Of a DNA stretch of 64,000 nt, positions 27,251 to 37,337 are shown one piece after another. The position numbers and the translations under genes were made by a program. Numbering within the stretch: position 1 is the first letter of the stretch; the number at the start of each line of letters is the position of its first letter. A model generated the notes under the pieces. The model ran no database searches, had not been told where the DNA came from, and saw only the letters and a list, made by a program, of their open reading frames with translations. The stretch is taken from NCBI GenBank assembly GCA_030059675.1, contig JANVYQ010000007.1, positions 23,001 to 87,000 of the forward strand, in the 5' to 3' direction. The DNA comes from Candidatus Pelearchaeum maunauluense (lineage in GTDB: Archaea > Thermoproteota > Nitrososphaeria_A > Caldarchaeales > Caldarchaeaceae).

Positions 27251-29802
27251 GCCTTACGTCTCAGCAGCATAGCGGCAACAGCCACAGCGGCTACCGCTAT
27301 TACTACAACCGCGATTATCCACGTCAGCTGCGCTCCCCCCTCTCCTTCAACCATAGTCGTAGTAGCGGTTGGGGTTGTCTGGGTTAATGTTGGTGATGTT
27401 GCTTCCGTTGTTGTGGTTGTAGTCTCCTCCATAATCGGTATTACGGCTTCTACGGTCTCCTCTATCTCCTGAACCAGCGAAATATCCTCGCTGAAGAGGA
27501 GTAGGCTAAGCTGGTAGAAGCCTGGTCTGAGGTTTTGGGCGGCAAGCCTAAGCTCTTGTCTTCCAGCCTTAAGCTCCACAGTGCCTTCCGCCACCACTTC
27601 ACCGCTAGCCGGGTCTGTCAACACGTATTTGGCATGTAAGGTGCCTGGTCCCCGTGCCTCAATAGCTATGGTTGGCGTGTCGCCGAGCTTTATCTGGTCT
27701 TCAAGTAGGCTTACTTCAACTCTTTCTGGACTCCCGAAGTACCAGCTCCCTGGCTTGAATGGGTAGGATGGGTCTCTGTACGCGCGTAGCTCGGCATACT
27801 GGGCTGCTGGGTCAAACACGCTCAGCATGAAGGGGCCATTACTTATTACCATATGCCTATGCTCATTAGACCACTCTATCGCAGCGTTATATCTATCCAG
27901 AGCATCATCCAGCGTCTCGTACTTCTTGCCCATTACCGTGAATACGTTTTCTGGGAAGGTCTTTTCTCTCAGGAATTCTGTGAGAGAACGCTTGATCAGC
28001 GTTGCGTGCTCGCGTAGAACTAGGCTTAGCTGCTCCACACCAAACCTTGCAGCGGAAGTGTCGCTATACATAAGGAGCTTCTTATTGAAGACCACGTCAT
28101 CCATCGCTGCCAACACCTCCCAAGGCATGGCCCCGCCGAAGAACTCAGCATACTCAGCAATGTAGCTCTTCTCAAAATGCCAGAAATCAACATAAACCTC
28201 CAGCGTAGAATCGTCAACCACTCTAAATCCCTTAAACGTTTCAAGTATAGGCTTCGTAGTAGCAGCTAGGGCGAACTCTATCTTAGACTTAAGCGGGTCA
28301 TTAACAATATCAAATATCTGGTATATCCTATACAGCATGTCTGCCATGCTTATCTTGATTCCGTGATGCCACTTTGAATCCACATACTTACTATAGTCGA
28401 AGGTTACTTTGCTCACCGCCTTTGTCCCAGCTTCTACTGGTTTCCATGTTTTCGACTCCGCGTCCCACATCACGGCGTCGCTTGGTACGTCTAACTTCCC
28501 GTCTGGGCCTGCTGTCTCGACCCTAAAGTCGGCTCTGAAGGGGATTGGTATCCCTGTGAATGGGTGACGAGTTACAGGCGGGTCGTATATGTTCCGCCAA
28601 ATATCAACGCTATACACGTCATTGAATCCTCCAATGGGGTTCCAGACGGTACGGGGTGTCCAAACCCAGAGATGGCCTACCTTAAGCTCGTTCTTCCCGG
28701 GGAGGTATGCTGCGCGGAGTAACCATAGCGAGCGCGCTCCAGCTCCCAAGTCCTCTGTTACTCCCTGCATGTCCTTATCTACCGGCGTACTCGTCAGGAC
28801 TGTTGCAACCCATATTCTTACGGACTCCTCAATACAGAGCTTTGTCATTTCTCTGTAAAGTCTATCACGTTCTTCTTTGCTGCTGAACTCTCCTTTGAAG
28901 AGTCTCTGGCCCATATCGTCAAGCGCTGGGTTCTCGTACTGCCAGTATCCGGCTTCTCGCCATCCGGGCATGTTGCCCAGCCAGGGTGCGCACATCTGGT
29001 TTATCGTCCCAAAGTCATATTTCTCAAGTGCTCCCTTCCCCCAGCCCTCAGTGTATAGGTGCCACTGGAACTCGGCTGGGTCTGTTGTATATACCCTCAG
29101 TATCGCCTCGGCGAATCTGTGGTAGATGCGCTCAACCTCAAATCCTATCTTCTCAAGCTCAGCCGCGAGGCTATCGCCTATCTCGCGGCGCTCATCCTCG
29201 GTTCTTATCACAAACTTAACCCTAATAGGATTGTCGTTATAGTACCACTTGCCATCCCGCATAACCGCGCCAACAGCGGTTAAGGCGTCGCTTATCATCC
29301 TCTTGGCAAGCTCAGGGTCATATCTTATATCCAAATCCTTCGCCACGTTAAAGACGGTTACGTAATCGTACTCGAATGGGCTTATATGCGCAACCATCGG
29401 AACTGCCTTGCCCTTGTATATCTCTCTAGCCACGTACTCGCGGTTGATTAGGTATTGGACTGCCTGCCTTACTTCTGGTATTGAAAATGGGTTAAACTCC
29501 TTCTTCGTTGATGGGGCTGGGTTCAGGAGTATTGAGAGCGAGAGCGAGGGTGCTCGGATTATTCTAAGGTTGGGGTTTTGCTCCAGCGGGATTATGCGGG
29601 AGACCCGCATACTGTAGAGATAAATATCCACGTCTCCGCGCTCTATTGCCGCTGGGGCTATCTCCTCTGCGAAGGCGTTAAACTTAACAACATCAACAGC
29701 AGGGCCAGGATTGTCGTGGGGAGGCTTGTACTCCTGCGCATAGACTGGATACAGCAGGAGTAGCAGGAGTATAGCCGCGGTTACCTGTAGAATCCTCTTC
29801 AT
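27247..29802 (-). CDS. ABC transporter substrate-binding protein, family 5 (peptide/oligosaccharide), C-terminally anchored
   Basis: NPFS..EVRQA..YLINR, WHHG..I..AD, SNGPF.L, Thr-rich linker + TM + basic tail. Confidence 0.9.
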   Translation of the reverse strand: MKRILQVTAAILLLLLLYPVYAQEYKPPHDNPGPAVDVVKFNAFAEEIAPAAIERGDVDIYLYSMRVSRIIPLEQNPNLRIIRAPSLSLSILLNPAPSTKKEFNPFSIPEVRQAVQYLINREYVAREIYKGKAVPMVAHISPFEYDYVTVFNVAKDLDIRYDPELAKRMISDALTAVGAVMRDGKWYYNDNPIRVKFVIRTEDERREIGDSLAAELEKIGFEVERIYHRFAEAILRVYTTDPAEFQWHLYTEGWGKGALEKYDFGTINQMCAPWLGNMPGWREAGYWQYENPALDDMGQRLFKGEFSSKEERDRLYREMTKLCIEESVRIWVATVLTSTPVDKDMQGVTEDLGAGARSLWLLRAAYLPGKNELKVGHLWVWTPRTVWNPIGGFNDVYSVDIWRNIYDPPVTRHPFTGIPIPFRADFRVETAGPDGKLDVPSDAVMWDAESKTWKPVEAGTKAVSKVTFDYSKYVDSKWHHGIKISMADMLYRIYQIFDIVNDPLKSKIEFALAATTKPILETFKGFRVVDDSTLEVYVDFWHFEKSYIAEYAEFFGGAMPWEVLAAMDDVVFNKKLLMYSDTSAARFGVEQLSLVLREHATLIKRSLTEFLREKTFPENVFTVMGKKYETLDDALDRYNAAIEWSNEHRHMVISNGPFMLSVFDPAAQYAELRAYRDPSYPFKPGSWYFGSPERVEVSLLEDQIKLGDTPTIAIEARGPGTLHAKYVLTDPASGEVVAEGTVELKAGRQELRLAAQNLRPGFYQLSLLLFSEDISLVQEIEETVEAVIPIMEETTTTTTEATSPTLTQTTPTATTTMVEGEGGAQLTWIIAVVVIAVAAVAVAAMLLRRKA

Positions 29803-32036
29803 GGCCTACTCCTACCCCGCGTCGTGGCGATGAAAAGCGCGGCCAAAGCTATAACCATAGCAGCGATGGATATTATGAATGCTGGCGTTATGCCAGAATC
29901 GCGCGGCTGCGGCTCCTGACGAGAAGCCAACAACGGCTCTATACGCTTCACAACCTCATCAACAATCTTCGATACAGTAATGTTGGCTGCTGGTGGATTA
30001 CTGGTTTCTAGGGATGCGAGTTTTTCAGCTATTTCCTTGATTACGGAATCTATTCTGTCTTCTATTGTGTTGAAGCCGAAGCTGGAGTAGTAGTTTGCAG
30101 TAGCCACGTTTCCAAGCACGTCTATTGCGCGTATAGTATGCGCTCCCTCCCCAGAGACGGGCATGAGTATCTGCGCCACGAAGCGGCCGCTGTCGTCTGT
30201 TGGTACGGAGGAGATGACCACGCCATTAACCTCGATAAATACCTCCCTCTGCCTTGGAGCGAAGTTGAAGCCCATTATCGTTATCGTCTGACCCGCAGGC
30301 CCCTCAGGTGGGCTTAATGTTATTGAAGGCTTCGGTATCGCTCTTAAGCGGGCAAACGCAATATCCTGATTTCTCCCACCAACCTCCCCCGACCTACTGT
30401 CTGTCCAAACAATATACACATCCTCATTCGTGGCTGCTATTCCAAAGTAGTCGCCTATGAATGTGGGAATCCCACGACCAGGGTTTGATGGATAATCAGA
30501 GACGCGCGAATTCTCCATAAACGTCTCCCCACCATCGCCAGACTTGGTATAGTATATGTGGTAACGATAGTTGTTGGGGTCGTCGCGCATGTCGCCCCAT
30601 ATTATATGTATAGTTCCATTAGGCGAGACGGCTAAAGTTGGGAAGAACTGGTTACGCAGCGTTAAATCATCATTCACACGCTTAGGCTCCCTCCAAGTCT
30701 TTCCACCATCAGTCGACTTGGAGAAATATACGTCAGACCTATCTCCACCAGCCTCGCCCAAAGCTCCAAAGACTATGTAGACCTCCTTGCTGTTGTTGGG
30801 TGATACTGCGATGAAAGGAAACATGGAAGACCATGAACGGAAGTATGTTGGTTTTAGAAAGAAGTCCTGCTCCCACGTCCCTCCTGGAACCACCGCATAA
30901 GGTCCCTCGAAGCTCCTACCAGCGTCGTAGGAAACTGTCACATAGGGTGAGAAGAGACCCTTGAATGGGCCGTCAGACATTGAGTCATAATACGCTATGT
31001 ATAACGTCCCGTCCTTGGCTACCGCAATATTAGAACCCTGTACTACCGGCCTGTCAGGCTCGCCTGCAGGATATCTATAAACTGGGCTAACTGCGACTGG
31101 TCTAGTCCAGGTCTTCCCGCCATCGTAGGAGACGACCAGCTTTATCGAGACCTCAATTACTGGCGCCGCTACGAATGGGTATTGGTCTAGGAATGGGTAT
31201 ATGAGTCTGAACTCTGTATAGGTTACGTATATGTTATCTCTCTTTGGGTTGAATGGGTCTGGGCCTACGTTCATCCATGTTTTGTCTATGAACGTTATGC
31301 TAGCCGAGTTCTGGCCTTGCTCCACTATTCCCGTTGATGCTATGTATGGTCCTTCCCACGTTATCCCGCCGTCGCGGGAGATTGAGACTACCGCGCTGCT
31401 TACCTCTGCTATTAACAGAAGCTGACCAACCCTCAGTGGGCGTGTCCCTATTGATAGGTAGGCATAATACACATTACCCTCGCGGTCAAACGCAAGGACT
31501 GGGTCTGAGCAGAAGCTATCTTCAACAGCTAAGTCTGCGTGGAACGGGCCGCGCCACGTCTCCCCACCGTCAAACGATACGTAGGAAACTACACAGGGTG
31601 TGTCGTAGTCGTGGGAGCCCACTACTACGTGGTCTGGGTCTAATGGATTAACTGCCATTGTCGGCTCGTTTTGGTATGGTATTGCGCCCAAGTCGTATGT
31701 GAGTATGACATTTCTGCTGAACTTTGCCGTTGGTGAGCGGTAGGGTATTGATACGAGGGGCTGGGAGGGTCTAGCACCTCCCGCAGGCTCCGCTGCCTGC
31801 TCTCCCGCTCTAATCCAGCTATCGTCGCCCCTGAAGAACTGTAGCCTATTTAAAGCGCCGCCAGATAATAGCTCCTCAATAGGCTTGAGGAGAGGCTGGG
31901 AGAGGGGTGTTTGGAGCTGCTCATCCTCAGCCCAGGCAGGCTGAAAGGGAAGGAAACCAACCATAACCACCAACACAGCTATAACGGACGCTAGGACTCT
32001 CACCCGAATGTCATGCGTTTTGTACATAGCCTCCAA
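29799..32036 (-). CDS. BNR/Asp-box beta-propeller (sialidase-like) surface protein
   Basis: Six Asp-boxes (SFDGGETW, SRDGGITW, SYDGGKTW, SYDAGRSF, STDGGKTW, SGDGGETF), QNEP, SDP, DK.W, FIGDY; Ig-like domain and C-terminal TM. Confidence 0.88.
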   Translation of the reverse strand: MEAMYKTHDIRVRVLASVIAVLVVMVGFLPFQPAWAEDEQLQTPLSQPLLKPIEELLSGGALNRLQFFRGDDSWIRAGEQAAEPAGGARPSQPLVSIPYRSPTAKFSRNVILTYDLGAIPYQNEPTMAVNPLDPDHVVVGSHDYDTPCVVSYVSFDGGETWRGPFHADLAVEDSFCSDPVLAFDREGNVYYAYLSIGTRPLRVGQLLLIAEVSSAVVSISRDGGITWEGPYIASTGIVEQGQNSASITFIDKTWMNVGPDPFNPKRDNIYVTYTEFRLIYPFLDQYPFVAAPVIEVSIKLVVSYDGGKTWTRPVAVSPVYRYPAGEPDRPVVQGSNIAVAKDGTLYIAYYDSMSDGPFKGLFSPYVTVSYDAGRSFEGPYAVVPGGTWEQDFFLKPTYFRSWSSMFPFIAVSPNNSKEVYIVFGALGEAGGDRSDVYFSKSTDGGKTWREPKRVNDDLTLRNQFFPTLAVSPNGTIHIIWGDMRDDPNNYRYHIYYTKSGDGGETFMENSRVSDYPSNPGRGIPTFIGDYFGIAATNEDVYIVWTDSRSGEVGGRNQDIAFARLRAIPKPSITLSPPEGPAGQTITIMGFNFAPRQREVFIEVNGVVISSVPTDDSGRFVAQILMPVSGEGAHTIRAIDVLGNVATANYYSSFGFNTIEDRIDSVIKEIAEKLASLETSNPPAANITVSKIVDEVVKRIEPLLASRQEPQPRDSGITPAFIISIAAMVIALAALFIATTRGRSRP

Positions 32037-32164
32037 CCAGTACTGTCTAGGGAATAAGATAAGGTTTTACCCAAGCCGAGCAATCTTTGATTTCTAGGGA
32101 ACACCTATTTGAGATTGTAAAAACGTTTAAAGGCTATGGTATGTAGGGGATTGTGTGAAAAGGC

Positions 32165-32875
32165 TTGCCTAGCTATAGTAAGGTTTGGCTCCCCATAATG
32201 CTCGCGCTCCTCATAACAGCGCTTACTGGCGCTTACGCGTTAGAAGAGCCTGGGACAAGCTTCAGCACTGCTCTCGAAGTAAAGCCAGGCGAGTATTCAT
32301 TCAATCTAGAACAAGAGACCGTTCATTACTTTAAGATATACGTGGAGCAGGGAGACACCCTAATCATAACACTAAGAATGCCGCGGGGACAGGATTTTGA
32401 TATAGTAGTGTTTGACCCCCTGCTGGACTTGGTTGATAGAGGAATTAAACCAACAGGACTATCTGAGCGCTTAGGAATTCTAGCACCTGTAAGCGGGTAT
32501 TATTATTTCGCTGTCTTCGGATTCGCTGGCTCCTCAGGGACTTACACACTATCAATCAGCATTCTAAAGCCTCAGGTAAAAACAGTAACGGTAACTGACA
32601 CCTATACTCAACGCGAGTTCAAAACAGTTACGCAGGTGGAAGTTGTATCTGTTACTCAGACAGTCAGGGAGATGGTTACGGTAACTTCAACAACTACAAG
32701 GACTGTTGAGACGATTCCCTGGAGCGTTCTAGGGTTTGCGGTGCTAGCTTTCGCGATAATATACGCCAGCGCCACGTTTTCCGATACCCTATCTAGGCGT
32801 GAGCGCGCCGCTAGCTCTTCTGAACCCTTACAACCCAGCGGTCAGAGTCAGGACAGCGAAAGACAGCAAACCTGA
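32165..32875 (+). CDS. secreted PPC-domain protein with Thr/Val-rich stalk and TM anchor
   Basis: Signal peptide, HYFKI.V..GD.L.I.L, DFD..VFDP, SGYYY..V, SGTYTL; TVT repeats. Confidence 0.75.
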   Translation: MPSYSKVWLPIMLALLITALTGAYALEEPGTSFSTALEVKPGEYSFNLEQETVHYFKIYVEQGDTLIITLRMPRGQDFDIVVFDPLLDLVDRGIKPTGLSERLGILAPVSGYYYFAVFGFAGSSGTYTLSISILKPQVKTVTVTDTYTQREFKTVTQVEVVSVTQTVREMVTVTSTTTRTVETIPWSVLGFAVLAFAIIYASATFSDTLSRRERAASSSEPLQPSGQSQDSERQQT

Positions 32876-33113
32876 AACCGCGGTTCCTCATTAACACGGG
32901 AATGGACTCGCGCGCCACATTCTCCATATCTGTTGTAATATCTACGACAGCACCTTGCGGTGCGTTTTCAATCTTTTTAACGGCCTCAAACCCTGGGTAA
33001 GGGCATACAAGCCCGCTTACATCAAGCTCATCCGTTGGCCCCACATCCACCAAACCTTCATCACCCTCGATGAAGATTATCTTCTGTTTTTGTGTCTGCA
33101 TGTTATATCCCAA
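32811..33113 (-). CDS. tusA: TusA/SirA-family sulfur carrier
   Basis: LDVSGLVCPYP (CPxP), ITTD; start may be ATG 33101. Confidence 0.85.
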   Translation of the reverse strand: MGYNMQTQKQKIIFIEGDEGLVDVGPTDELDVSGLVCPYPGFEAVKKIENAPQGAVVDITTDMENVARESIPVLMRNRGFRFAVFRCPDSDRWVVRVQKS

Positions 33114-33122
33114 CCTCCCTTC

Positions 33123-33512
33123 TCATACGAATAATACTATTCCGCCCTGGCGTGCTGCTGGAAGAGCATTGTTTAGGAAGCCGAAGACATCCTCCAACTC
33201 CACTCCTTGCAAGACTGTCTCGGCGGTGATTCCCATCTGTTGTAGCATCTCTTTTGAGGGAGCGCAGGCTACGAATTTGACGCCAGCGTTCTTCGCATCT
33301 TCAACAAGCTTTGAAAGAGGAGGAGCACCTTCAAGCTGAATCTTCTCAACCTCGCCTTTCCTAACGATTGAAAGCCCATCCATCGTGCAGTAAACGAAGG
33401 CCTTAGCGCCCATTACCGCGCTTCCCAACGCCAGGGTTACCGCTGGATATACGCGCGTAGGCTCTCTGGTTGTTAGGATTATGTGGATTTGCTGCTGTTG
33501 GTTCTACGCCAT
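33123..33512 (-). pseudogene. DsrE/DsrF-like sulfur relay protein with in-frame TAG at codon 3
   Basis: ATG(33512) GCG TAG AAC CAA... continues in frame as NQQQQIHIILTTREPTRVYPAVTLALGSAVMG...YCTMDGL...FVACAPS; ORF track shows only 33123-33428. Confidence 0.75.
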
Positions 33513-33531
33513 ACTTGATATTCTGCTTTTG

Positions 33532-33580
33532 CCAATATATTAGTATAATACGATGGTTATAATATTGGTATAATATTTGG
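33532..33580. promoter_or_regulatory. AT-rich repeat array upstream of dsrE-tusA
   Basis: TATAATA at 33544, 33558 and 33569; CCAATAT (33532) inverted to ATATTGG (33562). Confidence 0.4.
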
Positions 33581-33585
33581 TCTGA

Positions 33586-34581
<996 letters not shown>

Positions 34582-36558
34582 TCACGCACCCGCATTGGTT
34601 ACTATCCTGGCCTCGTTCTTCTCTATCGCCCTCTTAAGTGTATCTCTAGCTTCCGAAAATGAGAAAGGCCGTCCGTTGTACTTGAGGATGAGGTTGTGGG
34701 GCTTTATGCATGTGCGCATGGCGAGTAGCTGGGCGAACTGGCCGCTGTAATTCTGTTCTACACAGATTATCCTTTCATAGCGCGGCAGTAATTCCTGCAA
34801 TATTTTTGTTGGGAATGGGCTGAGGAGCTTTACCTGAGCGAAGGCAAAGCGGAGACCATGCTGGGCGTGATACTCTATGGCGTCAAGTATAGCCCCCTTG
34901 GTGGAGCCCCAGCTCACGACTATGTAAGGCGCATCAACATCACCGTGAATCACAACCTTCTCCCTGTCTGGAATCTCCGCATCAGCAGTCTCAAGCTTCC
35001 TCATACGCTTCTCCATCATCCTACACCTATTGATAGGCTCCTCAGATATGTGTCCAAACTCATCATGCTCATCTCCCGTGTTCCAGAATATACCTCCAGC
35101 AGCCCCCAGAACAGTTCTCGGCGAGATGCCATCCTCGGTGAATTCAAACCTCTTATACGGTCCATTTGACGAGAACCACTCGAAGTATAGCTTACCCCTA
35201 TCAATTACCAAGTCATCATATACGAACTTCTTCACCGTCATCGTACTATTGGCTAATGCTTTATCAAGCAGGTGTATCACGGGTGTCTGGTATCTTTCCG
35301 CGTAGTTGAATGCCTTTATAGCGTCGTAGAAAGCTTCCTCAATATCTCCTGAGGCTATTACTATTCGTGGGAATTCTCCATGCCCTGCATGGAGGACGAA
35401 GAGCATATCGCCCTGCTCGTGTCTTGTTGGGAGGCCAGTACTGGGGCCGCCACGTTGGTAGAGCGTTATGACCACTGGGACTTCATTCATCCCAGCCCAT
35501 CCAAGACCCTCGGTCATCAATGAGAAGCCTGGCCCAGATGTTGCTGTAGCAGCCCGCGCGCCTGCCAGCGCGGCTCCAGTAGCCATAGTTATGGCAGCTA
35601 TCTCATCCTCGGTCTGCACAACGACGATAGACCCCTTACCATCGAGCTCCATACTCTCCGCCTGGTGAGGATTCTCCGCGAGAACCTCAACTTTCCTACT
35701 CTCAAAGACTTCATGGTCTTCCAGATACACGCTCTCATCACTTGCGGGAGTTATGGGATAGTATGTCTGGAATCTACAGCCAGCAACTATCTTTCCAAGA
35801 GCTACTGCTGATGTTCCATTTATGAGAAGACGCTGCTCTTTTACTGGTTTGGGCTCTATGTGAAAACTTATTTCATTATTACTAAAATTCTTAACGGCAT
35901 ATTCAGCGGCTATCTTGGCTGCCTCTGTATTCATTTTGGCTACTTTAGCCTTAGCTTTAAAGACCTGCTCAATAGCTTTGAAGAGATGCTCTTGTGGGAG
36001 CTTGAAGAGCGCGAATGACGCGGCAACAGCCATGACATTGGTCATTCTGGATAAAATACTGAGCTGCGTCTCTCCTATCTTCTCACCAACTTGCTTAAGC
36101 AAATCAACATATGGAAGAGGATAAAGCTTTACGCCATTCCTCTTCGCAAACTCAAGAACATCCATAACACTGTTTCCTAGACCCTCCTCCTTAAGTCTCT
36201 CCAATATACCATCGACTACATTCTTCTCTAATGTGGGTATGCTGGTAATCTTCTCACTGGTTTGCTTCGGGTCAAATATTATACCACCACCGGACTCCAC
36301 TTCCCATGCATGTCTAATAATCGTCTCCGAATCAAACGTAGCGAGGAGATGAACTTCATCCATATGTGAGCGTATTACATTGTTTGACAATGTTACAGAG
36401 AAGTAGCTGTGTTCGCCTTTGATGTTTGAGTAGTATTCTCTTTTTCCGAAGACATTAAGGCCAGAAGACGCGGCGGCTCGCGAGAAGATGTTTGCTGCGG
36501 AATCAACACCGGTGCCCTGGGCTCCTCCAATCATCCAAGAAACTTTATTTTGGGCCAT
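34582..36558 (-). CDS. 2-oxoacid:ferredoxin oxidoreductase alpha (gamma-alpha fusion) subunit
   Basis: IGGAQGTG, YYPITPAS, QTEDEIAA, TSGPGFSLM, QRGGPSTGLPT. Confidence 0.97.
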   Translation of the reverse strand: MAQNKVSWMIGGAQGTGVDSAANIFSRAAASSGLNVFGKREYYSNIKGEHSYFSVTLSNNVIRSHMDEVHLLATFDSETIIRHAWEVESGGGIIFDPKQTSEKITSIPTLEKNVVDGILERLKEEGLGNSVMDVLEFAKRNGVKLYPLPYVDLLKQVGEKIGETQLSILSRMTNVMAVAASFALFKLPQEHLFKAIEQVFKAKAKVAKMNTEAAKIAAEYAVKNFSNNEISFHIEPKPVKEQRLLINGTSAVALGKIVAGCRFQTYYPITPASDESVYLEDHEVFESRKVEVLAENPHQAESMELDGKGSIVVVQTEDEIAAITMATGAALAGARAATATSGPGFSLMTEGLGWAGMNEVPVVITLYQRGGPSTGLPTRHEQGDMLFVLHAGHGEFPRIVIASGDIEEAFYDAIKAFNYAERYQTPVIHLLDKALANSTMTVKKFVYDDLVIDRGKLYFEWFSSNGPYKRFEFTEDGISPRTVLGAAGGIFWNTGDEHDEFGHISEEPINRCRMMEKRMRKLETADAEIPDREKVVIHGDVDAPYIVVSWGSTKGAILDAIEYHAQHGLRFAFAQVKLLSPFPTKILQELLPRYERIICVEQNYSGQFAQLLAMRTCIKPHNLILKYNGRPFSFSEARDTLKRAIEKNEARIVTNAGA

Positions 36559-36671
36559 ACTGCTTGCCCACTTGGTTTAAAGACCTTCTGCCAGCCATAT
36601 TTAACCCTAGCCCATTTGCCTAAATCTGGAAGGCTCGGCTGCTAAAGATATTTTGAGCGGTGCCGAGGTTA

Positions 36672-37271
36672 TTATTCAATCTTTACCCGATGGCCCTTCT
36701 TCGGGGCTTCAGCCCTCTTCTCCACCACTACTTCCAAGACACCGTTGTTATAACTGGCCTTAGCGGTGTTGGGGTCAACAACTGCTGGTAGCTCTATCTC
36801 TTTGAAATATTTACGGCTCTCAGTATCCACTTTAACCGTCATAACACGCTCATCGACATTAAGCTCTATGTCTTCTTTTCTAACGCCTGGAAGCTCGGCA
36901 ACCACCTTTATCCTGTTGTCCTCTTCTATAACATCAACAAGCGGTTCCCGTTCTGGTCTTACTTCAAGAGCTGGCTTTGTCGGGAGCGCTCCTGGCCTAA
37001 CATTTCCAAACTCGCGGATGACTGGCTTGCCGTCTGGGCCTATTGTTATTGAGTAGCCGTAGACGAATGGCCCTACTTCACGGACTACTCCATCCTTTGT
37101 GGTCCTTTCCCTTATCAGCTCTCTGGGTGCTCTCTCCATAATCCACTTAAACTCCTCCTCCATCTGCTTTTCAAATTCGCGCATAAATTCGTCGATGTCT
37201 TCAAACAAGCTTCTAAAGAGAGGCCATCTCCGCCTTCTCTTCCTCCATTCTTCCCACCAATCATCCGACAT
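36672..37271 (-). CDS. hsp20: small heat shock protein Hsp20
   Basis: GPFVYGYSITIGPDGKP.IREFGN, REPLVDV, AELPGV.KEDI, ASYNNGVLEV, C-terminal V-x-I. Confidence 0.95.
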   Translation of the reverse strand: MSDDWWEEWRKRRRRWPLFRSLFEDIDEFMREFEKQMEEEFKWIMERAPRELIRERTTKDGVVREVGPFVYGYSITIGPDGKPVIREFGNVRPGALPTKPALEVRPEREPLVDVIEEDNRIKVVAELPGVRKEDIELNVDERVMTVKVDTESRKYFKEIELPAVVDPNTAKASYNNGVLEVVVEKRAEAPKKGHRVKIE

Positions 37272-37337
37272 ACACTAACACCCTTACATTGTATTGCCAT
37301 ACGTAGGCTTATTAAGAGTTTTCTTTCTCTGGGCTAC

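Noticed and set aside
27360-27425. GTT/GTA-rich low-complexity repeats (also 32580-32710 on the plus strand)
   Set aside because: They encode Thr-rich linkers of surface proteins and are not CRISPR or satellite repeats; no CRISPR array was seen anywhere in the window.
33504-33506. Pyrrolysine or genome-wide TAG recoding
   Set aside because: TAG ends many intact genes here (e.g. 1694, 2896, 3209) and there are no pyl genes in the window; the class I LysRS is an ordinary lysS.
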